Assembly: GCA_036388835.1 (NCBI GenBank)
Contig: DASVRB010000185.1
Coordinates: 12,021 to 76,020 of the forward strand
DNA: 64,000 nucleotides
Direction: 5' to 3'
From: Thermoanaerobaculia bacterium
GTDB taxonomy: Bacteria; Acidobacteriota; Thermoanaerobaculia; Gp7-AA8
Part shown: one piece after another, positions 18,317 to 26,875 of the stretch
How positions within the stretch are numbered: position 1 is the first letter of the stretch
How the letters are laid out: each line of letters starts with the position of its first letter
Notes under the pieces: model-generated
Told to the model about the DNA's origin: nothing
Seen by the model: only the letters and a program-made list of their open reading frames with translations
Databases searched by the model: none
Position numbers and translations under genes: made by a program

Positions 18317-19996
18317 CTATCGCTCGCCGTACACGATCTCGCCACCCACCACGGTGTAGCGCACCTTCGCTTTGAACAACTCCGGGATCGCGAAGAGATC
18401 GCCCTCCACGATCGTCAGGTCCGCGAGCTTGCCTGGCTCGATCGTGCCGCGTGACTGTTCCTCGAATGCTGCAAACGCAGCATCCGACGTGAAGCCGCGA
18501 ATGGCCTCGGTGAGTGTGAGCCGTTCGTGCGGCATCCAGCCGCCATCCGGCCAGCGTTTCTGGTCCTGCCGCGTCACCGCGGCGTACAGGCCGAAGAACG
18601 GATTCACGTCCTCCACCGGAAAGTCGGAGCCGAGCGCGAGGCGGCCGCCTGCATTCAGGATCGTGCGCCACGCGTATGCGCCGCGCACGCGCTCCGGTCC
18701 GAGCCGCGCCTCCGCCCAGTACATGTCGGAAGTTGCGTGGGTCGGCTGCATCGACGCGATGATGCCGTGCTGCACGAGACGCGGCACGTCGGGCGGCGAG
18801 ATCACCTGCAGATGTTCGATGCGGAAGCGATCGCTCGCCACCACGCCTGCTTTCGCATACGCGTCGATCGTCGAGCGGACGCCGCGATCGCCGATCGCAT
18901 GCGTGTTGATCTGAAAGCGCGCAGCGCGTCCGCGACGTGCAACATCTTCAATGTGCTCCGGTCGCGAGACCATCAAGCCGCTGTTCGACGGATCGTCGCT
19001 GTACGGCGCGAGCAGCGCGGCGCCGCGGCTGCCGAGCGCGCCGTCGGCGTACAGCTTCACCGCGCGCACGGTCAGCCGTCCGCCGTAATCGACCAGCGGA
19101 CCGCTCTTGAACCACTGGTTCAGCAACGCCTCGTTGTCGCCGAGCATGGCGTACACGCGAATCGGGAAGCGCTTCTCGTCGATCAGCTCACGGACCGCGG
19201 TGATGGTCGCGGCGTCGATGCCGGCGTCGTGCATCTCGGTCAGGCCGCTCGCCGCGATCGCCTGCGCCGCCGCGAGCACGCGCGCTTTTCGCTGCGCGGC
19301 CGAAACCTCAGGCATGGCCCGATCGATGAGCCCTGACGCGGCGTCGATGAACACGCCCGTCGGATTGCCGTTAGCGTCGCGCACGATCTTCCCGCCCTCG
19401 GGGTCCTGCGTCGCGCGCGTCACGCCGGCCGCGCGCATCGCGGCGCTGTTCGCGAGCGTGGCGTGGCCATCAACGCGCTCGAGCGCGACCGGGGTATTCG
19501 GCAGCGCCGCATCGAGCGCGGCGGCGGTCGGGAACTCCTTCACCTGCCAGTCGTTCTGATCCCATCCGCGTCCCACCACCCACTCGCCCGGCGCCGCCTT
19601 CGCCGCTCGCTCGCGAACGCGCGCGATCACGTCTTCATACGAAGTGGTGCCGACGAGATTGACGACATCCAGCGCCACGCCGAGGCCGTAGAGATGGCCG
19701 TGCGCGTCGGTGAGACCGGGGAGAATCGTGGCGTTCGACGCGTCGACCATTCGCGCGCTCTGATGTTTCGCGCGCATCTCGGCGGCAGGGCCGATCTCGC
19801 GAATCACGCCGTCACTGACGAGCACGGCGTAATCGCGCCGCGGCGTGTGCGCCGCACCGGCCACGACCGTGCCGCCGATGAAAAGCGTGCTCGAGGTCGT
19901 CGGTGCACCACTTTCATGTGCATGATTTTCGATCGGCTGCGGCCCGGACGTGCATGCGAGCAGAGTGAGCAGGAGAAAGGCCGTAATTATTCGCAT
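18317..19996 (-). CDS. Amidohydrolase-family (Amidohydro_3) metal-dependent hydrolase, lipoprotein
   Basis: Lipoprotein signal (LLTLLACTSG), metal-binding HGH (LTDAHGHLYGLG) and the general amidohydrolase_3 architecture. 559 aa. Confidence 0.8.
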   Translation of the reverse strand: MRIITAFLLLTLLACTSGPQPIENHAHESGAPTTSSTLFIGGTVVAGAAHTPRRDYAVLVSDGVIREIGPAAEMRAKHQSARMVDASNATILPGLTDAHGHLYGLGVALDVVNLVGTTSYEDVIARVRERAAKAAPGEWVVGRGWDQNDWQVKEFPTAAALDAALPNTPVALERVDGHATLANSAAMRAAGVTRATQDPEGGKIVRDANGNPTGVFIDAASGLIDRAMPEVSAAQRKARVLAAAQAIAASGLTEMHDAGIDAATITAVRELIDEKRFPIRVYAMLGDNEALLNQWFKSGPLVDYGGRLTVRAVKLYADGALGSRGAALLAPYSDDPSNSGLMVSRPEHIEDVARRGRAARFQINTHAIGDRGVRSTIDAYAKAGVVASDRFRIEHLQVISPPDVPRLVQHGIIASMQPTHATSDMYWAEARLGPERVRGAYAWRTILNAGGRLALGSDFPVEDVNPFFGLYAAVTRQDQKRWPDGGWMPHERLTLTEAIRGFTSDAAFAAFEEQSRGTIEPGKLADLTIVEGDLFAIPELFKAKVRYTVVGGEIVYGER

Positions 19997-20040
19997 TCTG
20001 CGGAATCCTACATGTGGAGGGCCGGTTCGGTAGGTGCCCT

Positions 20041-20700
20041 ATGAAAACACCTATTGTGATCGCCGTCACGTTGCTGGTCGCCTCGACTGCCGTTGCCGGT
20101 GAGCGCAAGTTTTCTGCGTCGGCGGTTCCTCACGCCAAACTGAAGAAAGCAGGGAAGGTCGTGATCTCGAACAACGATCGCACCATCACCGCCCACCGTT
20201 TCTTCGGCGACATTCGCGAAGCGCTGGTCACGCTGCGCAGCACGCGCACGCTCGCCTCGCGGCCGTTCGGCGCTTCGGTCTACAACTCCGGCGCCGCGGT
20301 GAACGCTCCGGCGCATCTCGCCTCGGCGATTCAGGATGCATCGCGCGCCCACGGCGTCGATCCGCGTCTCGTCACCGCCATCGCGCGACGCGAGTCGGCG
20401 TTCAACGCGAACGCAATCTCGCAGGTGGGAGCGCAGGGCGTCATGCAGCTCATGCCCGCCACCGCGAAGTTCCTCGGCGTGAAGAACGCGTTCGACGCAC
20501 GCGAGAACATCTTCGGTGGAGCGCGTTACCTGAGGACGCTGCTCGACACGTTCAACGGTGACCTCGATCTCGCGCTGGCCGCGTACAACGCCGGCCCTGG
20601 TGCGGTCGCGAAGTATCGCGGCGTGCCGCCGTATCGCGAGACTCGCGCGTACGTCGCCGCGGTCCGTTCGACCTACGAACAGTCGCTCGTCGCGCGCTGA
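20041..20700 (+). CDS. Lytic transglycosylase (SLT-domain) protein
   Basis: Signal peptide MKTPIVIAVTLLVASTAVAG. SLT motif ESAFNANAIS..GAQGVMQLMPATA and AYNAGPGAV. Confidence 0.75.
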   Translation: MKTPIVIAVTLLVASTAVAGERKFSASAVPHAKLKKAGKVVISNNDRTITAHRFFGDIREALVTLRSTRTLASRPFGASVYNSGAAVNAPAHLASAIQDASRAHGVDPRLVTAIARRESAFNANAISQVGAQGVMQLMPATAKFLGVKNAFDARENIFGGARYLRTLLDTFNGDLDLALAAYNAGPGAVAKYRGVPPYRETRAYVAAVRSTYEQSLVAR

Positions 20701-20704
20701 GGCG

Positions 20705-21190
20705 TTACTTCGAGTACCACTCCGCGAGCGCGGTCACGACGCCGTCGCGAATGAAGACGCTGGTGTGTCGCGCGCAGAGCTCCGAGACGCGGCAGACGTA
20801 AAAGTATTCGAGATCGCCCAGCTTTTTGAGCGACGTCTCGGGAGGCGCCGACGCATCCGGACGCCCCATCTTCTCCACGACTTCGATGGTCTTGTCGCCA
20901 AGCTGCAGCCCTTTCCGCGCCTGCACGTCGATGGCCGTGGCCTCGTCCGGACGTTTGCACGGCTGCTCGCTCGTCACCGCGACGCGCCACGGCTTGCCGT
21001 CCTTCTTGTCCATCGAGATCAGCAGGTAACGCCCTTCGCCGATCCGATAGCAGCCCTCTTTCTTCAGCCCGGGAAACTGCGTCTGCAACGACGCGAGCGG
21101 CGTTTCCATGAGCTGGTCGAGATACACCGGGTCGGCCGCCTGGCTGTTGAGCGCGACCGCGAACGTGAGCACCGCCAATGCGAGTTTCAT
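20705..21190 (-). CDS. Hypothetical secreted protein
   Basis: Start at M5 of the track ORF (MKLALAVLTFAVALNSQA signal peptide). ATGA overlap with the nadK stop suggests co-transcription. No recognisable domain. Confidence 0.5.
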   Translation of the reverse strand: MKLALAVLTFAVALNSQAADPVYLDQLMETPLASLQTQFPGLKKEGCYRIGEGRYLLISMDKKDGKPWRVAVTSEQPCKRPDEATAIDVQARKGLQLGDKTIEVVEKMGRPDASAPPETSLKKLGDLEYFYVCRVSELCARHTSVFIRDGVVTALAEWYSK

Positions 21191-22047
21191 CCTTCGCCCC
21201 ACTTCAACTTGTTGCGCAGAACGTCGAAGTAATTCTTGTCGGGTGACTGGACGAGCAGCACCCGCTCTTCCGATTTGCGGACGCAGACGCGATCGCGATC
21301 GCTGATCTCGAAGCCCTCCTGACCGTCGAGCGTCAGGAAGATGTCTTTCGAGTCCGGCGTCGCGAGACTGATCTCGATGTCGAGCTCGTCGGGCAGGACG
21401 AGCGGGCGGTTGGTGAGCATGTGCGGGCAGATCGGCGTGATCACGACCGCATTCATGGTCGGATAGATGATCGGCCCGCCGGCGGAGAGGTTGTACGCGG
21501 TGGAGCCGGTCGGTGTGGCCACGATCAGACCGTCGCCGCGGAACGTCGAGACGAACAGGCCCGCCACGCTGACGCGCATCTCGATGATGCGCGCGACCGC
21601 GCTTTTGTTGATCGCGCAGTCGTTGAGGACGCGATAGCGCTTGCTCGAATCGCGGCCCGGTCCCGACACCGACACCGTGAAGGTGACGCGCGGCTCGACG
21701 TCGAACTGGCCGTCCAGCACCTGCTCGAGCACCTTCGGGAACTCCTCGACCTGAATCTCGGTGAGGAAGCCGAGCGTGCCCATGTTCACGCCGACGATCG
21801 GGACGTGATCGGGCGCGTGGCGCGCCACGGACAGCAGCGTGCCGTCGCCGCCGAACGTGATCAGGAGGTCACTGTGGCTTCCGAGCTCCTGCTTCGAGAG
21901 TGGCGGTTTGGAGTCGCCGGTCGCGGCGGCGGTGTCTTCGTCGAAGATGACGTCGAGTCCCCGCCCACGGAGTTCGGCCGCGATTTTCTGCGCGTATGCG
22001 AGCGCGGGTGGGGCGATGGTCTTTGCTGCAATTCCGATCGTGCGCAT
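21187..22047 (-). CDS. nadK: NAD kinase
   Basis: GGDGT motif (LLITFGGDGTLL), NGDG-like NMGTLGFL, and the conserved C-terminal half of PpnK/NadK. Confidence 0.9.
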   Translation of the reverse strand: MRTIGIAAKTIAPPALAYAQKIAAELRGRGLDVIFDEDTAAATGDSKPPLSKQELGSHSDLLITFGGDGTLLSVARHAPDHVPIVGVNMGTLGFLTEIQVEEFPKVLEQVLDGQFDVEPRVTFTVSVSGPGRDSSKRYRVLNDCAINKSAVARIIEMRVSVAGLFVSTFRGDGLIVATPTGSTAYNLSAGGPIIYPTMNAVVITPICPHMLTNRPLVLPDELDIEISLATPDSKDIFLTLDGQEGFEISDRDRVCVRKSEERVLLVQSPDKNYFDVLRNKLKWGEG

Positions 22048-22073
22048 GAGCTCACTCTAGCGCGCAGCGACGA

Positions 22074-23117
22074 TCATGCCGACATCGCAATCGCACGGCG
22101 CACGTCCTCACTCTCCACCACGATCCGCTCGCCGGCCCGCTCGGGGCCGAGGAAGAGGATCGGGTGCAGCACCTTCTCCATGATTGCGCGCAGCGCGCGT
22201 GCGCCGAGGCGCTGGCGGATCGCGGCGTTTGCAATCTCGAACAACGCCTCGCGCGTGAACTCGAGCTGAATCGAATCGAGCGCGCAGAGGCGCTGGTACT
22301 CCGGGATCATCGCCTCCCGCGGCTCGGTCAGGATGGCCACGAGGTCCTGTGGCGCGAGGGCGTGCAATTCGACGCGCAACGGCAGCCGGCCGAGGAGCTC
22401 GGGGAGGAGGCCGTAGCGCACCAGATCGTCGGTCGAGACCTCCCGCTGCGACGGCGCCGCGTTCTCGAAGAATCCGACGCTGCGGCCGTCCGGCGCTTCC
22501 TCGAGATCGGAGAACGCACCGGCGCAGATGAAGAGGATGTTCGAGATGTCGAGCTCGACGAAATCGTGCTTGTTCCAGTGCGCCGTCACGTTCATCGGCA
22601 CGAACAGCTTCTCGCCCTCGAGGATCTTCAGCAGCGACTGCTGCACCCCTTCGCCGCCGATGTCGCGCTGACTCGCGCCGGTGCGATTGCCGCCGGCGCG
22701 CCGCGCGATCTTGTCGATCTCGTCGATGAAAACGATCCCGTTCTCCGCCTGCTTGACGTCCTGATTCGTCGCATAGAGCAGCCGCCCGATGGCGACTTCG
22801 ACGTCTTCCCCGTAATACCCAGCCTCGGTGAACGATGTCGCGTCGTTGTACGCGAACGGCACGTCGAGCACTTTCGCGAGCGTGCGCGCCAGATACGTCT
22901 TCCCGCTGCCGGACGGGCCGATCATCAGGATGTTCGACTTCCGGATCGAGACCTCGCCGCCGAACTTCAGGTATTCGATGCGCTTGAGGTGGTTGTACGC
23001 CGCGATCGCGAGCACTTCTTTCGCGTGGCGCTGACCGACGACGTACTGATCGAGCTGGTCGTAGATCCGGCGAGGTGTGACGTGGAGGAAGCGATAGGTC
23101 TCACGCTTTTCCTTCAT
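22074..23117 (-). CDS. ClpX-like AAA+ ATPase lacking the N-terminal zinc-binding domain
   Basis: YVVGQRHAKEVLAIAAYNHLKRI, Walker A GPSGSGKTYLARTLA, Walker B IVFIDEIDKI, GGEGVQQSLLKILEG and sensor-2 regions all match ClpX. The protein starts at MKEKRETY with no C4 zinc finger and no adjacent clpP. An alternative start 11 codons upstream (23150) would coincide with the divergent gene's start. Confidence 0.7.
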   Translation of the reverse strand: MKEKRETYRFLHVTPRRIYDQLDQYVVGQRHAKEVLAIAAYNHLKRIEYLKFGGEVSIRKSNILMIGPSGSGKTYLARTLAKVLDVPFAYNDATSFTEAGYYGEDVEVAIGRLLYATNQDVKQAENGIVFIDEIDKIARRAGGNRTGASQRDIGGEGVQQSLLKILEGEKLFVPMNVTAHWNKHDFVELDISNILFICAGAFSDLEEAPDGRSVGFFENAAPSQREVSTDDLVRYGLLPELLGRLPLRVELHALAPQDLVAILTEPREAMIPEYQRLCALDSIQLEFTREALFEIANAAIRQRLGARALRAIMEKVLHPILFLGPERAGERIVVESEDVRRAIAMSA

Positions 23118-23148
23118 CGAGTGCCTGCGGTTGAGTATAAACGTGCTC

Positions 23149-24288
23149 ATGATCCTGGCCACCGTTCTCGCCGCCGTGCTTTCGCTGCAGTCGCCTGCCG
23201 GAGCCGGCGCGGCCGAGCCGCACCTCGCCACGCATCCCGACGGAACGCTGCTGATGTCTTGGCTCGAAGGGAACGCGCTGAAGTTCGCGGCGCTGAAGAA
23301 TGGAGAGTGGTCGGAGCCGCGCACGATCGTGCAGCGCGACGATCTGTTCGTGAACTGGGCCGACTTCCCGTCGCTCGTTGCCGATGCGCGCGGGACGCTG
23401 TTCGCGCACTGGCTGCAGAAGAGCGGGAAGGGGACGTATGCGTACGACGTGATGGTCACGTCGTCGCGCGACGGCGGAAAGACGTGGTGCGCGCCGCGGG
23501 TGGTGCATCGCGACGGCAAACAGGCCGAGCATGGATTCGTGTCGTTTGCACCGCTGCCGAAAGGCGGTGTCGGCGTGGTCTGGCTCGATGGCCGCGAGAT
23601 GACGGAAGGCCACGGCCACGACGACATGGGTCCGATGACGCTCCGTTACGCGGAGCTCGACGCTGCGCTCGACGTCACGAGCGAGTCGCTGCTCGACGCG
23701 CGGGTCTGCGAATGCTGCACGACCGCGATGACGACGACCGCGCGGGGTGCAGTGGTCGCGTATCGCGACCGCTCCGCCGGCGAGCTGCGCGACATCGCCT
23801 TCACGCGAAACGTGCGTGGCAAGTGGACGAATCCGATGCGCGTCGCCGCCGACAACTGGAAGCTGGCCGGCTGCCCGGTGAACGGCCCGCAGCTCGCCGC
23901 CCGCGGCGACCAGGTCGCCGTGGCCTGGTTCACCGCCTCGAACGACCAGCCGCGCGTGCAGCTCGCATTCTCGAAAAACGCCGGCGCCACGTTCGGCCGT
24001 CCGATCCGCATCGACAGCGGCAACGCGGTCGGCCGAGTCGACGTCCTCCTCCTCACCGACGGCTCCGCCCTCGTCACCTGGATCGAAGGCGCGAACAACA
24101 ACGCCGCCATCTTCGCCCGCCGCGTCTCCCCGAACGGCCGCGCCGAAGCTCCCGTCAAACTCGCCACCACCAGCTCCGCCCGAGCCTCCGGCTTCCCCCG
24201 CACCGCCCTCGCCGGAAACACCGCCTACTTTGCCTGGACCGACCCGGCGACAAAGTCGGTGAAGGTGCAGAGCCTGACGTTGCGCTGA
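23149..24288 (+). CDS. Secreted BNR/sialidase-like (exo-alpha-sialidase fold) protein
   Basis: Signal peptide MILATVLAAVLSLQSPAGAGA. Repeated S-x-D-x-G-x-T-W-like BNR motifs (SSRDGGKTW, FSKNAGATF), Cys-rich segment CECCTT. Confidence 0.55.
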   Translation: MILATVLAAVLSLQSPAGAGAAEPHLATHPDGTLLMSWLEGNALKFAALKNGEWSEPRTIVQRDDLFVNWADFPSLVADARGTLFAHWLQKSGKGTYAYDVMVTSSRDGGKTWCAPRVVHRDGKQAEHGFVSFAPLPKGGVGVVWLDGREMTEGHGHDDMGPMTLRYAELDAALDVTSESLLDARVCECCTTAMTTTARGAVVAYRDRSAGELRDIAFTRNVRGKWTNPMRVAADNWKLAGCPVNGPQLAARGDQVAVAWFTASNDQPRVQLAFSKNAGATFGRPIRIDSGNAVGRVDVLLLTDGSALVTWIEGANNNAAIFARRVSPNGRAEAPVKLATTSSARASGFPRTALAGNTAYFAWTDPATKSVKVQSLTLR

Positions 24289-24356
24289 ACGGCGTCTCGA
24301 CGACCACGAACCGTCGCGAATTTTTGCGCTCGGCGCTTCGGGTATGCTGGTGCGCC

Positions 24357-24854
24357 GTGGACGATTTCGCCGTCGCGCTCGCCGCCGTTCGCGACCTGAA
24401 GGCCGAGAAGATCGTCGCTGAGTACGCGATTGGCGGTGCAATGGCGCACGCGTTTTGGTCGGAGCCCACGCCGACCTTCGATTTGGACGTGTTCGTACTG
24501 TTGGAGTCGCCCGGACTGCTCGTTGATCTCGGTCCAATCTATGCGTGGGCGCGGCAGCGCGGCTATCGCGAAGAGGCCGAGCACATCGTGATTGCAGACG
24601 TTCCCGTACAAGTCATCCCTGCTCACAACGATCTCGCGTCGGAAGCCGTTGCCCACGCGGCCGAGCTCGACTACGACGGCCAGCCAGTGCGGGTGATCAC
24701 ACCGGAGTACTTGATCGCGATGTACCTCGAGCCGAGCGCGCGTACGCATAAGCGATTAGCGCGTGTTGGCGCACTCCTCGACGAAGCTGATCTCGACCGC
24801 ACGTTGCTGGAGAATTTGTTGGAGCGATATCAATTGGAGCTTCCGAACGGATGA
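24357..24854 (+). CDS. Minimal nucleotidyltransferase-fold protein (pol-beta superfamily)
   Basis: AIGGAMAHAFWSEPTPTFDLDVFVLL carries the G[GS]-x(9-13)-D-x-D signature of minimal nucleotidyltransferases. This is the C-terminal part of the long track ORF 22164..24854. Start placed at an in-frame GTG and is uncertain. The stop overlaps the next small ORF (ATGA). Confidence 0.5.
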   Translation: MDDFAVALAAVRDLKAEKIVAEYAIGGAMAHAFWSEPTPTFDLDVFVLLESPGLLVDLGPIYAWARQRGYREEAEHIVIADVPVQVIPAHNDLASEAVAHAAELDYDGQPVRVITPEYLIAMYLEPSARTHKRLARVGALLDEADLDRTLLENLLERYQLELPNG

Positions 24855-25051
24855 CTACGGAGCGCGAACCAGACGCGATTCACCGCCTGCGTGACGGCAA
24901 GCGGCAGATCCGCGAAGCGCGGACTGCGATGTCGCTCAGCGAGAAGGTGCGGCAAGTCGTGCGACTACAAGCCGCCGTCCTTCCTCTGATCCAGCGTAGG
25001 CGCGAGCTCGGACCGCTCGAGCGCGTATGGCCGCTCCGAGACCGTCGGTAG
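24851..25051 (+). CDS. Small hypothetical protein (66 aa) translationally coupled to the nucleotidyltransferase gene
   Basis: ATGA overlap with the upstream stop. Predicted helical, basic (MTTEREPDAIHRLRDGKRQIREARTAMSLSEKVRQVVRLQAAVLPLIQRRRELG..). No recognised family. Confidence 0.35.
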   Translation: MTTEREPDAIHRLRDGKRQIREARTAMSLSEKVRQVVRLQAAVLPLIQRRRELGPLERVWPLRDRR

Positions 25052-25099
25052 CCAGCTAACCCGCAGCTAACCCCCCGCTCCGGCTTCGCTTCCCCTTCA

Positions 25100-25166
25100 G
25101 TGGAGCGGCGGGCTTCAGCCCGCCGACCTCTCGCCGCTTTCGGCGGGCTAAAGCCCGCCGCTCCAC
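25100..25166. repeat. Long imperfect inverted repeat with nested sub-hairpins (cruciform-capable element)
   Basis: GTGGAGCGGCGGGCTTCAGCCCGCCG ..16 nt.. GGCGGGCTAAAGCCCGCCGCTCCAC. Each arm also folds on itself (GCGGGC..GCCCGC). Confidence 0.6.
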
Positions 25167-25447
25167 GAGCACCACCCCCATCCCGCCAACTCCGTCGAAA
25201 GCCGCTCTCCGCGGCAAAAAATTTTGACGTCTTCGAGTTCGGTAAATCCGCGTAAGAGTCGACAGGTCAGCGATTTAGCCGCGTCGTGCCAGTGGCCGTC
25301 CGCTTGAACTATGCCTCCCGCGAAAGGAGGTGGTGCTGAGACAGAGCATCGACGGATACGGAAAGAAACAGACGGTTCAAGTGTGGAACAAAAACGTCGG
25401 CCCGAAACAGACCCAGGTCAACAACTTAACCAAAGGAGAAAAGACCC

Positions 25448-25810
25448 ATGCGGAAGTCCCTTCCGATCTTCACTCTCGCCCTGATCATCCTCTCGCTTTC
25501 CACCGTTGCATTCGCCGACGCCGCGCCGGCGCCGGTGCCCAGCTCGGCCGGTGTCGTCAACATCAATACTGCTGATGCGACGCAGCTCTCGCTGCTGCCG
25601 CGCATCGGGCCGAAGGCGGCGCAGCGGATCATCGAATACCGCACGCAGCACGGCTCCTTCCGCAAGACCGCGGACCTGATGCAGGTCAAAGGCGTCGGCG
25701 CGAAGACGTTCGAGCTGCTCACGCCCTACATCGCCGTCGAAGGCAAGACCACGCTGGCGAAGAAAGTCTCCTCGCCGCGGAAGCCGCGCGCCGCGAAGGC
25801 GTCGAAGTAA
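25448..25810 (+). CDS. ComEA-like helix-hairpin-helix DNA-binding protein (copy 1)
   Basis: Signal peptide, then VVNINTADATQLSLLPRIGPKAAQRIIEYRTQHGSFRKTADLMQVKGVGAKTFELL (tandem HhH). AAGGAG RBS. Confidence 0.8.
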   Translation: MRKSLPIFTLALIILSLSTVAFADAAPAPVPSSAGVVNINTADATQLSLLPRIGPKAAQRIIEYRTQHGSFRKTADLMQVKGVGAKTFELLTPYIAVEGKTTLAKKVSSPRKPRAAKASK

Positions 25811-25813
25811 GGA

Positions 25814-26173
25814 GTGACGACGATGCGCAAGCTGCTCTTCGGTCTCGCTCTGTTCGTCCTCACGCTCACCACCACGGCCATGGCTGAAACGGTTCCGGCC
25901 GGCGTCGTCAACATCAACACCGCCGACGTCGCGCAGCTCTCGCTGCTGCCGCGCATCGGAGAGAAGGCGGCCCAGCGCATCGTCGACTACCGCACCGAGC
26001 ACGGTCCCTTCCGCTCCGTGTCCGACCTCACGGAAGTGAAAGGCCTCGGCGAGAAGACGGTCGCGATGCTCTCGCAGTACGTCGCCCTCGACGGGGAGAC
26101 CACGCTCACGACCAAGGTCGCCTCGCCGCGCAAACCGCGCGCGAACAAGCCCACCACCACGGCGTCGAACTAG
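25814..26173 (+). CDS. ComEA-like helix-hairpin-helix DNA-binding protein (copy 2, tandem paralog)
   Basis: VVNINTADVAQLSLLPRIGEKAAQRIVDYRTEHGPFRSVSDLTEVKGLGEKTVAML, ~65% identical to copy 1 over the HhH region. AGGAG RBS. Confidence 0.8.
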   Translation: MTTMRKLLFGLALFVLTLTTTAMAETVPAGVVNINTADVAQLSLLPRIGEKAAQRIVDYRTEHGPFRSVSDLTEVKGLGEKTVAMLSQYVALDGETTLTTKVASPRKPRANKPTTTASN

Positions 26174-26282
26174 ACGCCGCCCGCCACCCATCCTCAACGG
26201 CCGCCGCGCGCACCTGTCGCGCGGCGGCCCCTCCCGTCCGGCCCCGCCGGCCCTCCCGCAACGCAACACAAAGGAGATACGT

Positions 26283-26867
26283 GTGCCCAGACACCAGCGC
26301 GGATCCTGCCTCCTCGAGCTCCTCGCGATCGTCGGCATCATCGCGATGTTCCTGCTCGTCGCCCTCCCGGCATTCGGCAACATCGGCCGCAAGCGCGCCC
26401 TGCGCGCCGCCACCGCCGAGCTCCGCTCCATCTTCGCCCTCACCCGTGCGCGAGCGATCTCGCGCAACATCAACTGCGGCCTGAAGTTCAAAAAGACGGG
26501 CCCGGTGTGGCAGTTCGCCGTGTACGAAGACGGCGATCGTGACGGTGTTCGCAACGACGACATCGCGAAAGGCGTCGACCGGCTGCTCGATCAGCCGCGC
26601 GTCGTGTTCCGCGAGTCGGGTCTCGTCACCATCGGCCTGCTCGACCAGAAGATCAACGATCCGGACGGCGACCCGCTGCCGCCGACGAAAGGGCCGGTCG
26701 CCTTCAACCGCACCACGATCTGCTCGTTCTCACCGCTCGGGCAGGCCACGCCGGGCTCGATCTACCTCACCGACGGGCGCGATCTCTGGTGCGTGCGCGT
26801 CTACGGCGCGACCGCAAAACTGCGCACGCTGCGCTACGACCCGAAGAAGAAACGGTGGCTGTCGTGA
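26283..26867 (+). CDS. Prepilin-type pseudopilin (GspH/FimT-like minor pilin)
   Basis: Class III signal MPRHQRG|SCLLELLAIVGIIAMFLLVALPAF with Glu at +5. AAGGAG RBS. GspH-like length (194 aa). Confidence 0.7.
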   Translation: MPRHQRGSCLLELLAIVGIIAMFLLVALPAFGNIGRKRALRAATAELRSIFALTRARAISRNINCGLKFKKTGPVWQFAVYEDGDRDGVRNDDIAKGVDRLLDQPRVVFRESGLVTIGLLDQKINDPDGDPLPPTKGPVAFNRTTICSFSPLGQATPGSIYLTDGRDLWCVRVYGATAKLRTLRYDPKKKRWLS

Positions 26868-26875
26868 TCGCGCCG

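Noticed and set aside
22164-24854. 896-aa plus-strand ORF spanning the ClpX-like and sialidase-like regions
   Set aside because: Only the last ~165 codons (nucleotidyltransferase motif) look coding. The upstream 2 kb is antisense to the ClpX-like gene and out of frame with the sialidase-like gene.
25330-25575. 81-aa plus-strand ORF across the comEA start
   Set aside because: Overlaps the comEA RBS and start in another frame. The comEA frame has a signal peptide and HhH motifs.
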